Of a DNA stretch of 64,000 bases, positions 35,501 to 48,200 are shown piece after piece. The stretch comes from Obrimoposthia wandeli (lineage: Eukaryota). The translations under genes and the position numbers were made by a program. The DNA lies in assembly GCA_977020255.1 (NCBI GenBank), contig CDROCS010000943.1:124001-188000 (forward strand). The letters are read 5' to 3'. Numbering within the stretch: position 1 is the stretch's first letter; each line of letters begins with the position of its first letter. Below the pieces are notes generated by a model. It was given only the letters and a program-made list of their open reading frames with translations, was not told the DNA's origin and made no database searches.

Positions 35501-38500
35501 TTTAAATATATTATTTTTTCCCGTCAAATGATAGTATTATGTAATATGTAATATAGAAGCATACATTAAATTAAAATTTTGCAACACACATTAAAATTGA
35601 TTTTAAAGTATGTCTATCGGTCAATTGACCGGCTTGGGACTTCTGGTGTTATTGTACAAAGGAAATTATTCCAGTGAGTCATATTAGCAATGCCACGGCG
35701 ATAGTTTTTTATTATGGCTTATGGTTTTACTGATCGATATGCTGAGTTTCACAGTTATTAACCCTCAATACGCGGGAACCGAGATAACTCGGTCCCGACA
35801 AATACGCATACAGTGACGGGAACCGAGTTAACTCGTTTTTAGACAGGGGATTTCCCATCGATTTCCATCGAAGCCGTTGGCAGAAGGGTACGAGAATATG
35901 ATGCTGTGCCGATTGACACCGACAACGACCTTCCAAATGATTTATTACTGAATTGGTCCCGAGATTAGGATTACCGTATTAAATACATAGCACAGTGAGG
36001 GTTAAGGGACAATGTTTACATCAAATGTGTCACTTTGGAAAATTGATGTGTAATAGATTTTTAATAATGAGACACGAAATTATCAATGGGGTATTATATA
36101 ACCAGATAATTAACGCACACAAGCACATGAAAGTGCAACAAATTTCAATTAGGTCAACACAAAGCCCGATTGGCCAATCCTTCAAAACGTAATTACGAGA
36201 TTCAGTAATTTGCTGAATCAAGTTTTTAAATAATCATTAAATAACAAATAATTAATTACGTTTAAACTCGAACAATACCCAATCCCATTTGTTAAACAGT
36301 ACAACAATATGACGGAGACGTTTTAAATACTTTGCATTTGTAAAATGAAATATATAAGTTTGTGAACTTTTAATAATTATTTTAGCTTTTTGTAACCGTT
36401 TATTAACCTTTTGTGTAATCGATTATGTTTATTCTTTAAGACCTTGAGCTTAATAAACATACATTAACCCCCAAAATTCATATAACCTTCAAATTTTGAG
36501 TGTACCTAGGATATACGCAAGCATTATACTTTAAAAACTCACGAATAATAACATTGTCGCAAGATTAAGTCATCCTACATAACTTGAAATTTCACTTTAC
36601 TATACATATTCGCATGGTGCTATCCTAGATCTAATGAGATTTCATAAAATTATAAAATACGAAGATCTGGGTCACCATAAGTGAAATCTGATCCTTTTTC
36701 AGTAATCTGAGAATGCAGTTAACATATAAATTTGTAACCAAAAATGTAATTGTGAAATGCTTTTAATATTCCCTTAAAATTATAATTCTAACAACCACTA
36801 CATCTTCAGACCTGATCTTGCTAACTTTCACTACACAAAATTCACTGTGCAGACTTGAAATTAAAGTTGTAGCAAGGACTGAAGCTCTTTAAATGTGCTT
36901 CAACGAAGATTTCTGCAGGATTTTAAAGCAGAATATATAAGAACAATTGAAATGCAACAACACTACAGAATAAATTGCAGCTTTTCTGAAGAGAAATGGT
37001 TCAGAATAGAATGGTTAATAAAAACCCAATTCGGAATGAATAAATTACTACCTCGACAAACCTACGAAACATGCTTACATATTACGATTTTATAAATTTC
37101 TGATAATATTAAATGAATGTTTTGTGTTTTGCTACGGATTTCTGGTGGGTACCCGTTATATTTACAACATAATTCAGTCTATTTTAGAAGAACGCTTTCT
37201 TCTGTTAAGGCAAGTCATGGAATTATAAATAAAATTTGTCAATCATGTTATTCAAAGAATATTTCTACAAAGTAATTAATGATATAATTTTAAAAAAATT
37301 AAATGCCACATTTTGACTTAAGTATACCCCACTACAAAAACTAAAAATGTCATTGTATGCAATATAAACACACACACACATATATAGCTAAATGCAGTCG
37401 ACCATCTCTATATGACAAAAGAACTAAAAATGTTAGACGCTGTTAATAAAGTGCTACTAATAAATGGAATGTTTTATCTGTATGAATACGACCCGCTAGT
37501 CTAAACATTCCCAAATCTTTGTACATTTATCCATGTAAGATGGCAAGGTGGTACAAATTAGTAATAGTCACTTGCTGAATCTTTCAAAGTTTCATAGAAA
37601 TTAGTTCAGTTTTTAGAATCATTCAAAAAGTAAGATGAAAATTTAACAAAATTGGAATATTGAAAAAAACATGGCACTACAAAATCTATCGAGAATGTTT
37701 AACTCAATTTTATTATATAAGATGTCGATCTTTATCATAGAACTTCTTGAAACAAGTTCGTTTTCAAAATTTCGTAAGTATCAATATTCTTGCAATTTCG
37801 ATACAAAGTGTCATATGAGATCTGAATATGACATCTCGCATGATATATTCTATCAAAATGATAATCTGCAAATTCTCTATCCTGTTTAACGTTCTACAAA
37901 ATATTTGTCAAACTACAACAAAAATCCTCTTGAAAAAGACGCAATTTTGGATGAGAATAAGCACGCTATCGTCGATTGTAATTGTTTACGGACAACATTT
38001 ACGCTGATCTTACTTCCAAGGCCGTCCCAGAAGTAGGTTCCCAGCGGTCCATTCAGGACATGACGCGGAGACCTGTTCATGATTAGCACAGTGAACAGAC
38101 CACTCATCAGAGCGCACACCACAATTAAACCCAGAAATACCAACACCACGATCCATATCACAACAACGTCTCCACCGTTGCGTACTATTATCTCTTGAAC
38201 TAAAATAAGATAGATAGAATAGAGAACTGCAACAGAAATTTACCTTGAAAGCTTTCTCCCCTTCCGGCATTTCCCAGGCCGTAATCGAGGATTTTATTTC
38301 CAACAAATAAACCGACAGATACGTTTCCTTTAAATTTCCCGGTAGCAACATCACTAGCGGAAGATTCAACTGTTTCAGACACATTTTTTACAGCTCTGTA
38401 TCTGTACCAATCCCCAACAGAAAAAGAAACACTAATGCATGATATAATTAAAAGATCTACAACTATAATCACGAAAAATAAGGATTTTCGTGCAACTTTG

Positions 38501-38511
38501 TGCTCAATCAT
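23260..38511 (-). CDS. CLRN: clarin-family tetraspan protein, 3 exons (38511-38244, 38199-38014, 23546-23260; 246 aa)
   Basis: KFKGNVSVGLFVG...YGLG, VLNGPLGTYFW, a final TM preceded by GYCFYF and the C-terminus ILMY* all match clarin-1 motifs. GT-AG introns of 44 nt and ~14.5 kb are phase-compatible. Confidence 0.85.
24436..24700. repeat. left TIR remnant of Polinton 2
   Basis: The reverse complement of GGTTGCCACGTGTGTGCG...CAAGGTTATTCGAAGATCATT...AAACGC matches 31385-31490. Confidence 0.8.
25046..25194 (+). pseudogene. small conserved Polinton accessory protein (homolog of 2513-2695)
   Basis: ...EKCYLAEDLMLRESLEVEEIPGLIG*; start apparently shifted by a 1-nt loss. Confidence 0.55.
25845..28960 (-). 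pseudogene. protein-primed family B DNA polymerase (pPolB) with embedded endonuclease VII-like HNH module
   Basis: N-terminal AVINVRN...CFIFSILA, HNH DHYHITGEFLGAAHYTCN, Exo II HNLRG.DMHHI, motif A YIDINNLY, motif B KLKVNSLLGKLIEN, motif C AGDTDS; many frameshifts. Confidence 0.92.
29284..29590 (-). pseudogene. adenain-like (C5) cysteine protease of Polinton 2
   Basis: GYVINTHSSNLHGEHW (His), FVFDSYG (Asp), QNALTRTCG (Gln, Cys); with stops and frameshifts. Confidence 0.8.
29614..30076 (-). pseudogene. frameshifted hypothetical Polinton ORF
   Basis: Three overlapping ORF fragments in tandem upstream of the protease; no family recognised. Confidence 0.4.
30443..30846 (+). pseudogene. Polinton accessory gene (possible OB-fold SSB), homolog of 2928-3317; one premature stop
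   Basis: LYQPMHKYHGYDMHFLKKSHNYNFIFP vs LYQRVHTYHGYEMHFLKNPIHYNFRYP; FQVYKIEPSGFITLICKII vs IQGYKIGPSGLVTPIWKII. Confidence 0.65.
30922..31245 (+). CDS. hypothetical basic Polinton protein
   Basis: Lys-rich N-terminus and a Q-E-G-N-G motif like those in the element 3 core proteins. Confidence 0.35.
   Translation, partial: KMSENATTKSLKTKKTKNSKKKMMIVGTEGILFIVGNLLSIWLGGVNTSALKLKNNMNYIEGIQEGNGILDIYVGLHKAFTSIKKNPSAYLGTKPFTKQSKDLNLKT
31270..31607. repeat. right TIR of Polinton 2 with X-box-like palindromes and an 11-bp TGACCT array
   Basis: Inverse of 24436-24700 plus the outer segment ending CCCTACT. Confidence 0.8.
31650..32180 (-). mobile_element. mariner transposase fragment
   Basis: RRIVTGD-KWMYYYNP, YYELLRPSETISADR, IFQHDSAIP, LELFRWDVL; heavily decayed. 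Confidence 0.7.
32769..33450 (+). mobile_element. internally deleted mariner
   Basis: TTVYEWVNR...LNARWELKLLTVEQK N-terminal remnant; degenerate TIRs TACGAAAGTTATTCAAAAGT / ACTTTCGAACAACCC. Confidence 0.6.
34750..35400 (+). mobile_element. possible Tc1/mariner (maT-like) transposase fragment
   Basis: NWPMSGPDL resembles the WPxRSPDL motif; the rest is very decayed. Confidence 0.3.
38014..38199 (-). CDS. CLRN: clarin exon 2
   Basis: VQEIIVRNGGDVVVIWIVVLVFLG...LNGPLGTYFWDGLG; AG/GT boundaries; phase 1-1. Confidence 0.9.
38244..38511 (-). CDS. CLRN: clarin exon 1
   Basis: MIEHKVARKSLFFVIIVV...GLFVGNKILDYGLGNAGRGESFQ, donor GTAAAT. An upstream in-frame start at 38553 is also possible. Confidence 0.85.
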
Positions 38512-40710
38512 ATTTTCAATAGATTTGGGTTTTAGAAATCTAATAAAATACATTTATACAGTTTGATTGTTAAATAATATTTCGGAAATTAACGTTGTAC
38601 GACCTGTAGATGTCAGTAGTAGATATGATTTAATTAACTTTTCAAACTTTTCATAATGAAAATTTTATTTTCATATAAGTTTTACAAAACCAAATTAAAA
38701 ACGTTTTATTTGAAAGTGCTAGTATCCTATAATAATATAATAAACAAAATAATTTTATTATTAAACGTGTCTTTCATATCTACTCATTAAACTAAATATT
38801 CCATATGCAATTAATTTTTTTTTAATAGCATATAATGTTATTATTTTCAAAGAATATTGAAATAAAATATATAATAATGTATATCAAACAAAACTATAAA
38901 ATAATTTAAACATTTGTTTTATTTTTTTAATATTTAACTTTATTAGAATTATATAAGAATAAAATAAATCCTTTTCGATACGAAAAATCTTATAAAATCT
39001 ATGTCAAAATATAATAGTAATTTTAAGAAATCGTTAAAATGACTAAAATTGTATATTCAATTAAATGTAGGTAAAATTTTATAATAATATACTTTAAAAC
39101 AAAATTGTGGTTGTATATTTCACTTTTAATTATGAAATTTATTACATATTAACAAATAAAATTTGTTTAATTTCTTTAATTGAAGTAAAATTTCGTAATT
39201 ATCAGTAGCACTGTTGTCAGTCAATACAATTTGTGATAACATTTTGTGTGTACCTTATTCCAGAAGCATGTTTGAGTTTATATATTTTGATGATTTTTAG
39301 TAGCTGCCGTAAAATTACAATAATACTAAAATAAGTTAAAAAATACATTAACAATATCTTGACTAATACAAAATATAATAAATCAAATTATGCGTTAGAA
39401 TTTAAAGAATTTATTTTCCTTACTGATATTCAAAAAAATATTTGGCCTGAGTAATCAAATATTTTACAATGTCATTTAAATTTTGCTTACCAGAAATTTT
39501 CAATTATCTGGAAAAAAAAACGTCTTTGTTTCCTTTATTTGCTATCATTTACTATAGTGTAAGTAAACTAAAAATAAAATTTATTTGCTCAACACATTTT
39601 ATATCTTCCCTAAGGCTTTATTTCTTTATTCGTAGATCAAACAAAAATAATCATATTCCATTAAAAATATTATTAATTTTGCTTTTTAACAACTTTCTTA
39701 AAAACATAAGATGCAAAATTATTTTTAAAATAATCATATATTTTTAGCAAAATATTGATAAAATAAAATAACAATATCAAGATAAGTAATTTTAAAGAAA
39801 ATATTAAAAATAATATTAAATTAATTTTAAATACAATTATTTTTTTATGAATAACCGACATAAAATGTAAATAATAAAAATCATCGTTTTTTTAAATTCG
39901 TTCTAATTGACTCCACCCAGTATTCATTTAATAAAAAAACTATTTTAAATATTGATTTTTTATTAAATTCTAACTTACATTATTTATTTTATTTAAATTT
40001 TTTTAATAAAAATATAATATTATAAGTTTTTAAATTGTAATTATTTGTAGACTTATTTATTTGCTATAAATATTAGCATGTGCAGTTTATGAATGTTTTT
40101 TAATATCTAAATATATAAAAGTCAAATTCTAAAATTTCACAAAATTATCCTCTGTTTATTTCACTTTTTAACTTTTATTGATTATATTTGCAGCAATCAT
40201 GCAAAAATATTTTTGAAAATCATATTGTGTAGTTTTAGAAACAATTTTTAATAGGGATTTAAAAGATTTCTTTGACATATGTTTAGAAATTGAAATAAAA
40301 AAATTATCGCATATATTATAAAAGTAACATTTTACTGAAAATAAAATGATTATTATCTTTAAATTATAATATTGCAATCATTAACTGTTAAAGAACCTTC
40401 TTAAATGGAGCAGTAATTTTGGAATGATAATAAAAATGCAGAAACATCCTGGGAAACCACCAAGTAGGGATTTTCAAACAATTTCCTCTGGAGATTCATC
40501 GATCCTACATGAAGTAGAAAACACCTTACGCTTAATGTTTGATTTCTATCACTTTTTGAGGATATATTATATTTACAGGTACCATTGGAATTATTCAAAT
40601 TTTGTAACATCCGAACTTACTCAGAAAAATTAAGTAATTACTGGATCACTAGAAACAAATAAAGGTACAAATTTTTCGTGAATAACATTTTTCAACAGGT
40701 TTTAACTAAG

Positions 40711-41817
40711 TGCTGAGGTCTAGAAATAAATGAATTAAATTAGAGAATATTAAATTAAATGGCGTTATTTATAGTCCTGGCCAAAGACATTTTGTAAGCC
40801 TGAATATAAAATATAATTACATTTAAATAAAAAGGGAACAATATAAGAAAATTTAATTTCTCCACAAAAATAAAATGGATATTTAACTAATCTCAGGTGA
40901 CTGCTGACTCAACATAAATAACAGTTACCTGAGACACACAGTGGAAGTGGATTTGTCAATCTGGAAACTGCAAAAAACACAAATGAGCAGCACCAGATTG
41001 GCCCCTAGCAATTTTTGGAGAAAATTTCTGAGAATCTCAGAGGAAACAGAAATTCCATTGGCTCAGAGTTTATTGACCTACCGAAACAACATAAGAAGAA
41101 GGTTATAAATATCGACACCATTTTCGACGAAGAATTATCGAACGAAGAGATGAACCAGATTTCGACGAAGAATTTTAACTTAACGAGATGACCTTAGGAC
41201 TCGACAAGATGAGGCATTGAGACGTCGAACAAACGAGCCAAAACGGACAACGGACAAAATCAGACGAGAGATCGAACAAGCGAGAAAGGAGCTCAAGAAA
41301 CAACAAATAGACGAGACACTATTGACGAGGAAGGACCTACGACATAACGAAAGAACCGAAAGGATTTAGCAACTTCAGCCAATTAATCACTGCTATAAAT
41401 TTATTTTGCTTTTAAAATATCAAGAAAATAACGATTAAACGAAAATACGATACGGAAAAACTAAACTACATTTGTTAAATTTTAATGAGTAATTATCATT
41501 ATAAGACCAACAGCGTTTCAGGCGAGTAAATGTAAAATTTGGGTAAAATCTAGTCAGCCTGAACCAGGCCCCAGCCTTTTATAACTTTCAGCCCTATTTT
41601 GTTAGAATTAAAACCAGCCCGTAACGGTTCGAAATTCATTATACCAGACACACCTGGATTAATTGGACATTTTCTTTGTAACCCCTTTTTAGCATTTTCA
41701 TGTGTTAAGTTCTATTTTATATCCAACAAATTTTGAGTTTCATTTTTATAATTATTATAACAAAATATATTTTGCTTAAAAACTCTTTTGCAAAAGTATA
41801 TCATAGATGATAAAAAA
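40711..41817 (+). mobile_element. solo LTR, TGTTAAG family (copy B2)
   Basis: Colinear with 15611-16537; 5-bp TSD CTAAG at 40706-40710 and 41818-41822. Confidence 0.7.
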
Positions 41818-44800
41818 CTAAGCCCTAAAAACGTACTTTTTCTAAAAGTCATAAACCCTGTTAAGCGAATATTTGCAATTAAATTGAGGTAAAGAAAACA
41901 CTTATTTTAAGATAGTTTTTGAGACAAAAAAGATAGGCCATCCAAACAAGCCCGATCACTCTAAAGGACTCAAGCACCATAGGCTTCCCTAACAAGTGTT
42001 TCAACTCTGATCCCAACATAAGTATTACAACAATGTTAAAAGAAACGACTAATTTTCTGATGAATTTTTTCTGTATTTTGTAATCCATAACGAGAATATT
42101 GGGCTTTTATTGTAGAATATAGAAAACCCTCAATGTATTATCTTTCACAGTCAGGTATAATCTGAGCAACAGTATCAGCTAAGCATTGATAGGTCTTGAT
42201 TTATAAATTGAGGTTTGAAATTGAAAAATGTATTTATATTCTTTACATACAATTTGACCGATTCTGAAATACAAAGCTTTTTTCTTTTCATATCAATTAA
42301 ATAAAATTATAACCCTGTACACACAGCTGGTAAGACACTGAACTTTCTTAATAACACTTTTATGATCAATTGGACAAACATTTTGGTCACTCGTAGTTCA
42401 CACCAATCAAACTGTGTCAATGCTCTCTTGAGAATATTATTGCACACAAAAGACATGATGGAGCTCAGTTGAAAAATTCAAACAGCACAGAATTCAAATG
42501 CTTTTATGTAAATTTACTGGAGTCCATCAATCAACGTACCTTTTAACAACTACACCTATGTATTCAACATGCTATATACCAAGTTAATCCATATGACAAT
42601 TATTTTGTTTTTTATAAATTATATGATTTACAATCTCTAATTTTCTGTGCATTTTTTTAATTCACAGAAACTTAAGATACATCTTGAATATGCAATGTCC
42701 CACAATTTCTTTCCAGTTTATAAAACAAAATTTGAGAAACATTAAAACATATTATTATAAATTTGGATAATTTTCAACAGCTGCTCCTTCGGTTAAAAAT
42801 GTTTTAAGATGCTTCTCAAAAAATGTTACAGTATTTATGACAAAATTATGACAATATTGGGAGAAGACTTTATCCTTCAGATGTTCTCACAGGAAATATT
42901 GAAGTTGTGAATAATCCAACCACCTTCCAGCACAATTCAAAGGGCCATTAGTGCCCTCCTCAAACACTACAAAATAATCACGTACAATTCATCCATATTA
43001 AGCAATAACTGCAACACGAATTCCATCTTGGAGCTGGCCAGGCCTATCTTCTATGATCAGATTTGAGGTCAAATAGCGTTGATGTCATTTTATGTTGTTG
43101 TCAAGCACATCTGAAATTGCTTGAAAGTGATTATTTAATGGGTAAGGATCTGTTTGAAGATATTTAACTTCGGAAAGAAAAAATCGAAAAAATCGAAAGG
43201 ATATGTTGATATATCATTGCAAAGAGCTCTGTTTCTGTTGCTAAATCCATATAAATACTGTTTGAATAAATATTTCGGAAGTGCTTTTATTTTAGTTTCT
43301 TTCGAATTTGTTTATTTATTTTGTCTCCTATTTACCTGAACGTTTTTTTGAGATTTCTTTGTCAATTCTAATAACCCTGTGTTTTATGTAGGTAAATATA
43401 TTAGTTTATTGTATAATTAATTTCGTTTTTTATTAAATGAAAATCAAGATAAATATGCATTTTGTTGTGATATAAATAGTTAATTATTATAGTTAAATAT
43501 TTGGTCAATTAAAAAATCAATTAATTAAATGAGCAAATATCACAATATCATTCCTGAGTGATTTAAAATTCAAATCACTAATCTAATTAGCATCGCCAAA
43601 CAACAAATTCAAAAAGAGCACAAAACACACAAAAAAACAAAATCAAATCAAGGCACAACAAATCAAGCTCAATCCCAAACCAACAATCTTCATACTGACA
43701 TTACTATTACTTTTGTTCATCCGGTTTATTAAATTTGAATAAAGCAATACCGATTATTCGTTATTATTTTGTAGCTTCCCAACTTCTCACTCCCACAAAT
43801 CGACACAATACATATATATTAAAACCATATATCATCATATTATATACATTTTTCCAACGTTTTGTAAAAGATTCAAAATCTGTTAGAAAATATTCTTGAT
43901 TTCTAGATTCGAAGAAGTAGACTACTTCCGATTTTATACTTTTACAATTATCAAATTTCTTCCATCCAAAAATGACGATTAATGCTTGAAAATATGAAAA
44001 TTAGTTAGAGCCAAGTTAAATGAATATGGAGGATGTGGAAGAACTTCATGCATCAAGTACCTTAATTTATTCTGTGTTCTAATCAAAACATGTGGTCTGA
44101 TATTAGCGATATGAAAATAGGCTTTTTTCAATTACTTAAACTAGATAGTTTTAATTTTAAAAAATAATATAAATTTTAGTGCTATGTGAGTTCTTTCTAA
44201 AAAAGTGTATTGTATAATGGGTCATTGAATGATAAATTTTCGTTGTACGTTAAAGTGCTTTGTGTGTTTGGGTGTCTGTCTATAATAACCAGACATTACG
44301 TTGTTTGATTTATAAATTCAAGATGATGAAAAAGTCACCATTTTGACGAAGAATAAAGAATTCATGAATTAATATATTATCAACTATCATTTGTTTAGAT
44401 AGAATTTACGCACAAATTGTAAATCTTTTAATATTATGATTTTTTTAAAATTCATGAAGTACCGTTTCTTCTAACTTTTTCAATAAATTAAGTGCAGCAA
44501 ATATCTGGAAATGGTCGAGTAGTGTACCTGAAGCTTAATTGGAGTTCCTGACAAGTAAAAAAGGAATCAATTTGACAACTTACTTCCGATTGTCTTTATT
44601 TATGTTAATAAGAGCTCCACGACCTACTTGGTGTCTAAGTCAGAGATCCGAGACTAATTTTCAATTTATCTTTGATTGTTTCTTTCATTAGCAGAACCTT
44701 AACTAAATGCTATATTTATATTTCTGGATGCTCACGTTGCCGTGTGATATTAATTTCTATTGATACAAAAATGATCCGCTTTTGGTTTTGATACTAAATT

Positions 44801-45269
44801 CATAATCACATTTTTTAATATAAAAGTTATAAAAGTGTTCTAATTACCACATACATTTAATAAACACGTAAAAATGGAAACTAATATAAAAATGTATTGA
44901 AATTTTGATAGTATCAACCAATATTAATCATGCAACCACATAATTAAATAAATATTAAAGGTTTTCTAATTCAATTGTTTAATTTGCTACAACTTTTGAA
45001 AATTTGAATGTAATTGAGAATGTGCTGGAAAATATATTTACAATCAAATGTAATGACAAAAATATTCTAATGACTTCTATTATATGCTTTATATATTCGA
45101 TGACATGTATACGCCTAAATTGTTTTAAAGAAGTCAAAAATAAACAAATACCAACAATTTTGAAGTCTTCAAACGGTATGTGATTTTCCATTGGTCACAT
45201 ATTCACATTTTATTTGTGAGACAAAATGAATCTTAGTTAAACAATTGACTGACAGCGACCAAGAAAAGA

Positions 45270-48200
45270 ATGAGTCAGGTAAGTGACATCGTCTTTGCTG
45301 TAGCTGCTTCTACGTAGAGGAGCCACTAAATTAGGTTGTTGAACGGTTTCTATCTTGCGGAATTAAGATTGCTACATTGCTTGCATGATATTTAGACCTG
45401 CTTATCAACGCTTTGGATAAGGTGGATTGATGTTTACTCTTAATTCCAGTCTGCCAGTGATCCAACCGAGCGTGACAAAAATGAAGTGCTCAAACAAACT
45501 GTGATTTGGTAATTATCTTAGGGTAACTTTGCATAAAATACGTTAAAAAAATTTCACTTGTGAATATTATTGGAATATATTTAAGTTGACAATTAATATG
45601 CAAATTAATAATTATAATTAATATTAGTAAAAACCTAATTATTGAATTTTCATTGGAATAATGCAGATATTATCAAACTGTTTTGAAATATCATCGAATC
45701 AATGGAAATAATTAGTCAGTTTATAATTAAGATTTGAAAAATTGTTTAATTTTAATAATTTCATTTGGGGTTTATAATGATCTGTGTTGCATTTTGAAAT
45801 ATCAGCAATTTTTTAAAAAATATTTACAAGTAATTTAGTTGTTATTCTGTGATAGGCTCAAAGAAAACTATGAGCATGGAGAAGGAGTATCAATTCCAAG
45901 ACAGATTATTTACGATGGTTATACTCAATATTGCCTGGCAAATCAAAAGCAGCCTGTTTCTCCAGCTACTTTTGGAAAGGTTGATTATATTGTATGATAT
46001 AAACAATCAAATTAAGATCTTGAGGTTTTACAGTAATTTTTATTTTCAGATTTATTTCTCATTTGAATAAAATGCATATGTAGAACGTTAGGTAGGATTT
46101 TAAAGAAAATATTTAAATGCAGAAACTTTAAAAAACAATTTACTTCAATGTGAACTGAATGTAACGTGAAATGAAGCTAAATATACATTTACAAATTCTT
46201 GTTAAAATCAAATAATTTTAGTAATGGATTTTTTCTCGGTTAAAATAGGATTTTTGGGATAAAATATTGTAATAATTTTTTTGAATAATTTTTAAAAATT
46301 GCTTACCAATATCATTTTTAAAATATTTATTGCAATAAATAAAAGATATAAAATGTAAATTTTCTCTAATATCATGGTGTTGATGGAAATAATTTAAATG
46401 GAATAAAAGTGTTTCTATATGTTACATATTCACAAATAAAAGCAGCTTTAGTTTATTATAAGACAATGAGCAATTGACCTATTTATTTTATTTGTCATCA
46501 CTAAGGTAATCAGACAACAATTCCCCATTGTTGCTACACGAAGACTGGGAACAAGGGGTCACTCCAAGTACCATTATCATGGACTCGCAATGCGCCCTGG
46601 ATGTCCAAGCTTTGATGTCCTTTATTCCAAACGTCCAAACAAGTTAGAATTTCTTCAATTACTAATATTTACATTAAGTACTTATCAAAAAATAATATTT
46701 AGCCTCTTTTTGCATTATAAGTCGAGGATTATGTGAATTTAAAAGAGGCTGATTTGAAAATATCAACGAAAATTTAAATTATACTCATTCTAATAAAAAT
46801 AGACTGGTTGAAATCAACTCATCGATATTTAAAGTTCAAGTTTTCCTCTTTCATATCATTAACCCACGCCTTATAACGTAAAAAAATAGTAGCCAGTTTT
46901 ATTGTTATATTGTGATGTATTTCTTCAGAAATCTATGCTCGATAGATAATTATAACTTATTTATTAAATCAAATTAAATTAATTTGTATGTTTGTAAACG
47001 ACGATAGGAAAGGCCTGTTCAACGGTTTTAAGTATACCCAAGTATTAGTGTCTACTTTTTTCTAAACCAGTCTTTGTTCAGAACCTCCGACTTAAAACTG
47101 ACGCTGACAGGCTGTCATCCAAAAAACCGCATGAATGTCATTCCCAAGGTCAACCTAACTGTTTTGCCTGACGAGGACAGTGAAGACTGCGTCAAGGTGA
47201 GTGGAAAATAAAATTCATGTACTATTTTAAATTACCTTTCACACGGCATCACATTATTTGATCAAAGAATATAAAGAAAATTGAACACGAAGGGGGAAAT
47301 TTGTGCAAAAATACCCAGCGTTTATTAACGTGTATAGATTTTTAGAGAGGCATTTATTTATTTATTTATATGATATGTTTATTAACCTTTTTTTATTCAA
47401 TCTAGGTTACTTACCTATTGCCCATCAGAATAAATATATGAAAAAAGTGTATGAAATAAAAAAATTATCTAGCATAAATATCTAGCTGAATAGTTACCTA
47501 CATTGAATTCATCTAAATACAAACAATGTTAAATAGTGTTCACTTTGATTCATTTTAATTACACCATTCACCATCTGAGACATTCACTCTCTCCATCGTC
47601 AGCAACTTCATCTTCAGATTCATTATCCGATTCAGGTGGTGTGATAATTGCACATCCAGGTAAATAAATGTCAAAATCTTTATAAATATAAAAGATAAAT
47701 GTGTTAAGGTTCAGAATGAACATCTGAATTAAAAAGTATTTAATAAAACGATGGATATTTATAGTCCTGGTCAAGTACATATTGTGTCAAACAAATAATT
47801 AAAATAATTAAATGAAATGTTAAAAAAGTGAAAAAGGCTAAGATGCGAATTGGGAAATTAAGGCCATGATAAAGTCCAATTGATAAAGTCATAATTAATG
47901 AAGGGAGCAAGCATCGTATGAGTCACTTAGGCATCAGCACAGCAGTCACAGAGCTAGTTTTTGAGGAGCAGCAAAATAAGTGATACTACGGGGTGACAGG
48001 CATTTAAATTTTATTACATGATAAATGGGATATTAACATTGTATTTTAAATTTCATACACCCTTAAATTACGTATCCGCTATGGTCCCAGCCTACTTGAA
48101 TTTATAAAATCGCCCACCTTAGTTATTCGGCACAGTGACTAGAAGTAGTATAGGACTAAGTATTCGGTTATTGACATATTTTCTGTTGGTCGCTATTTAA

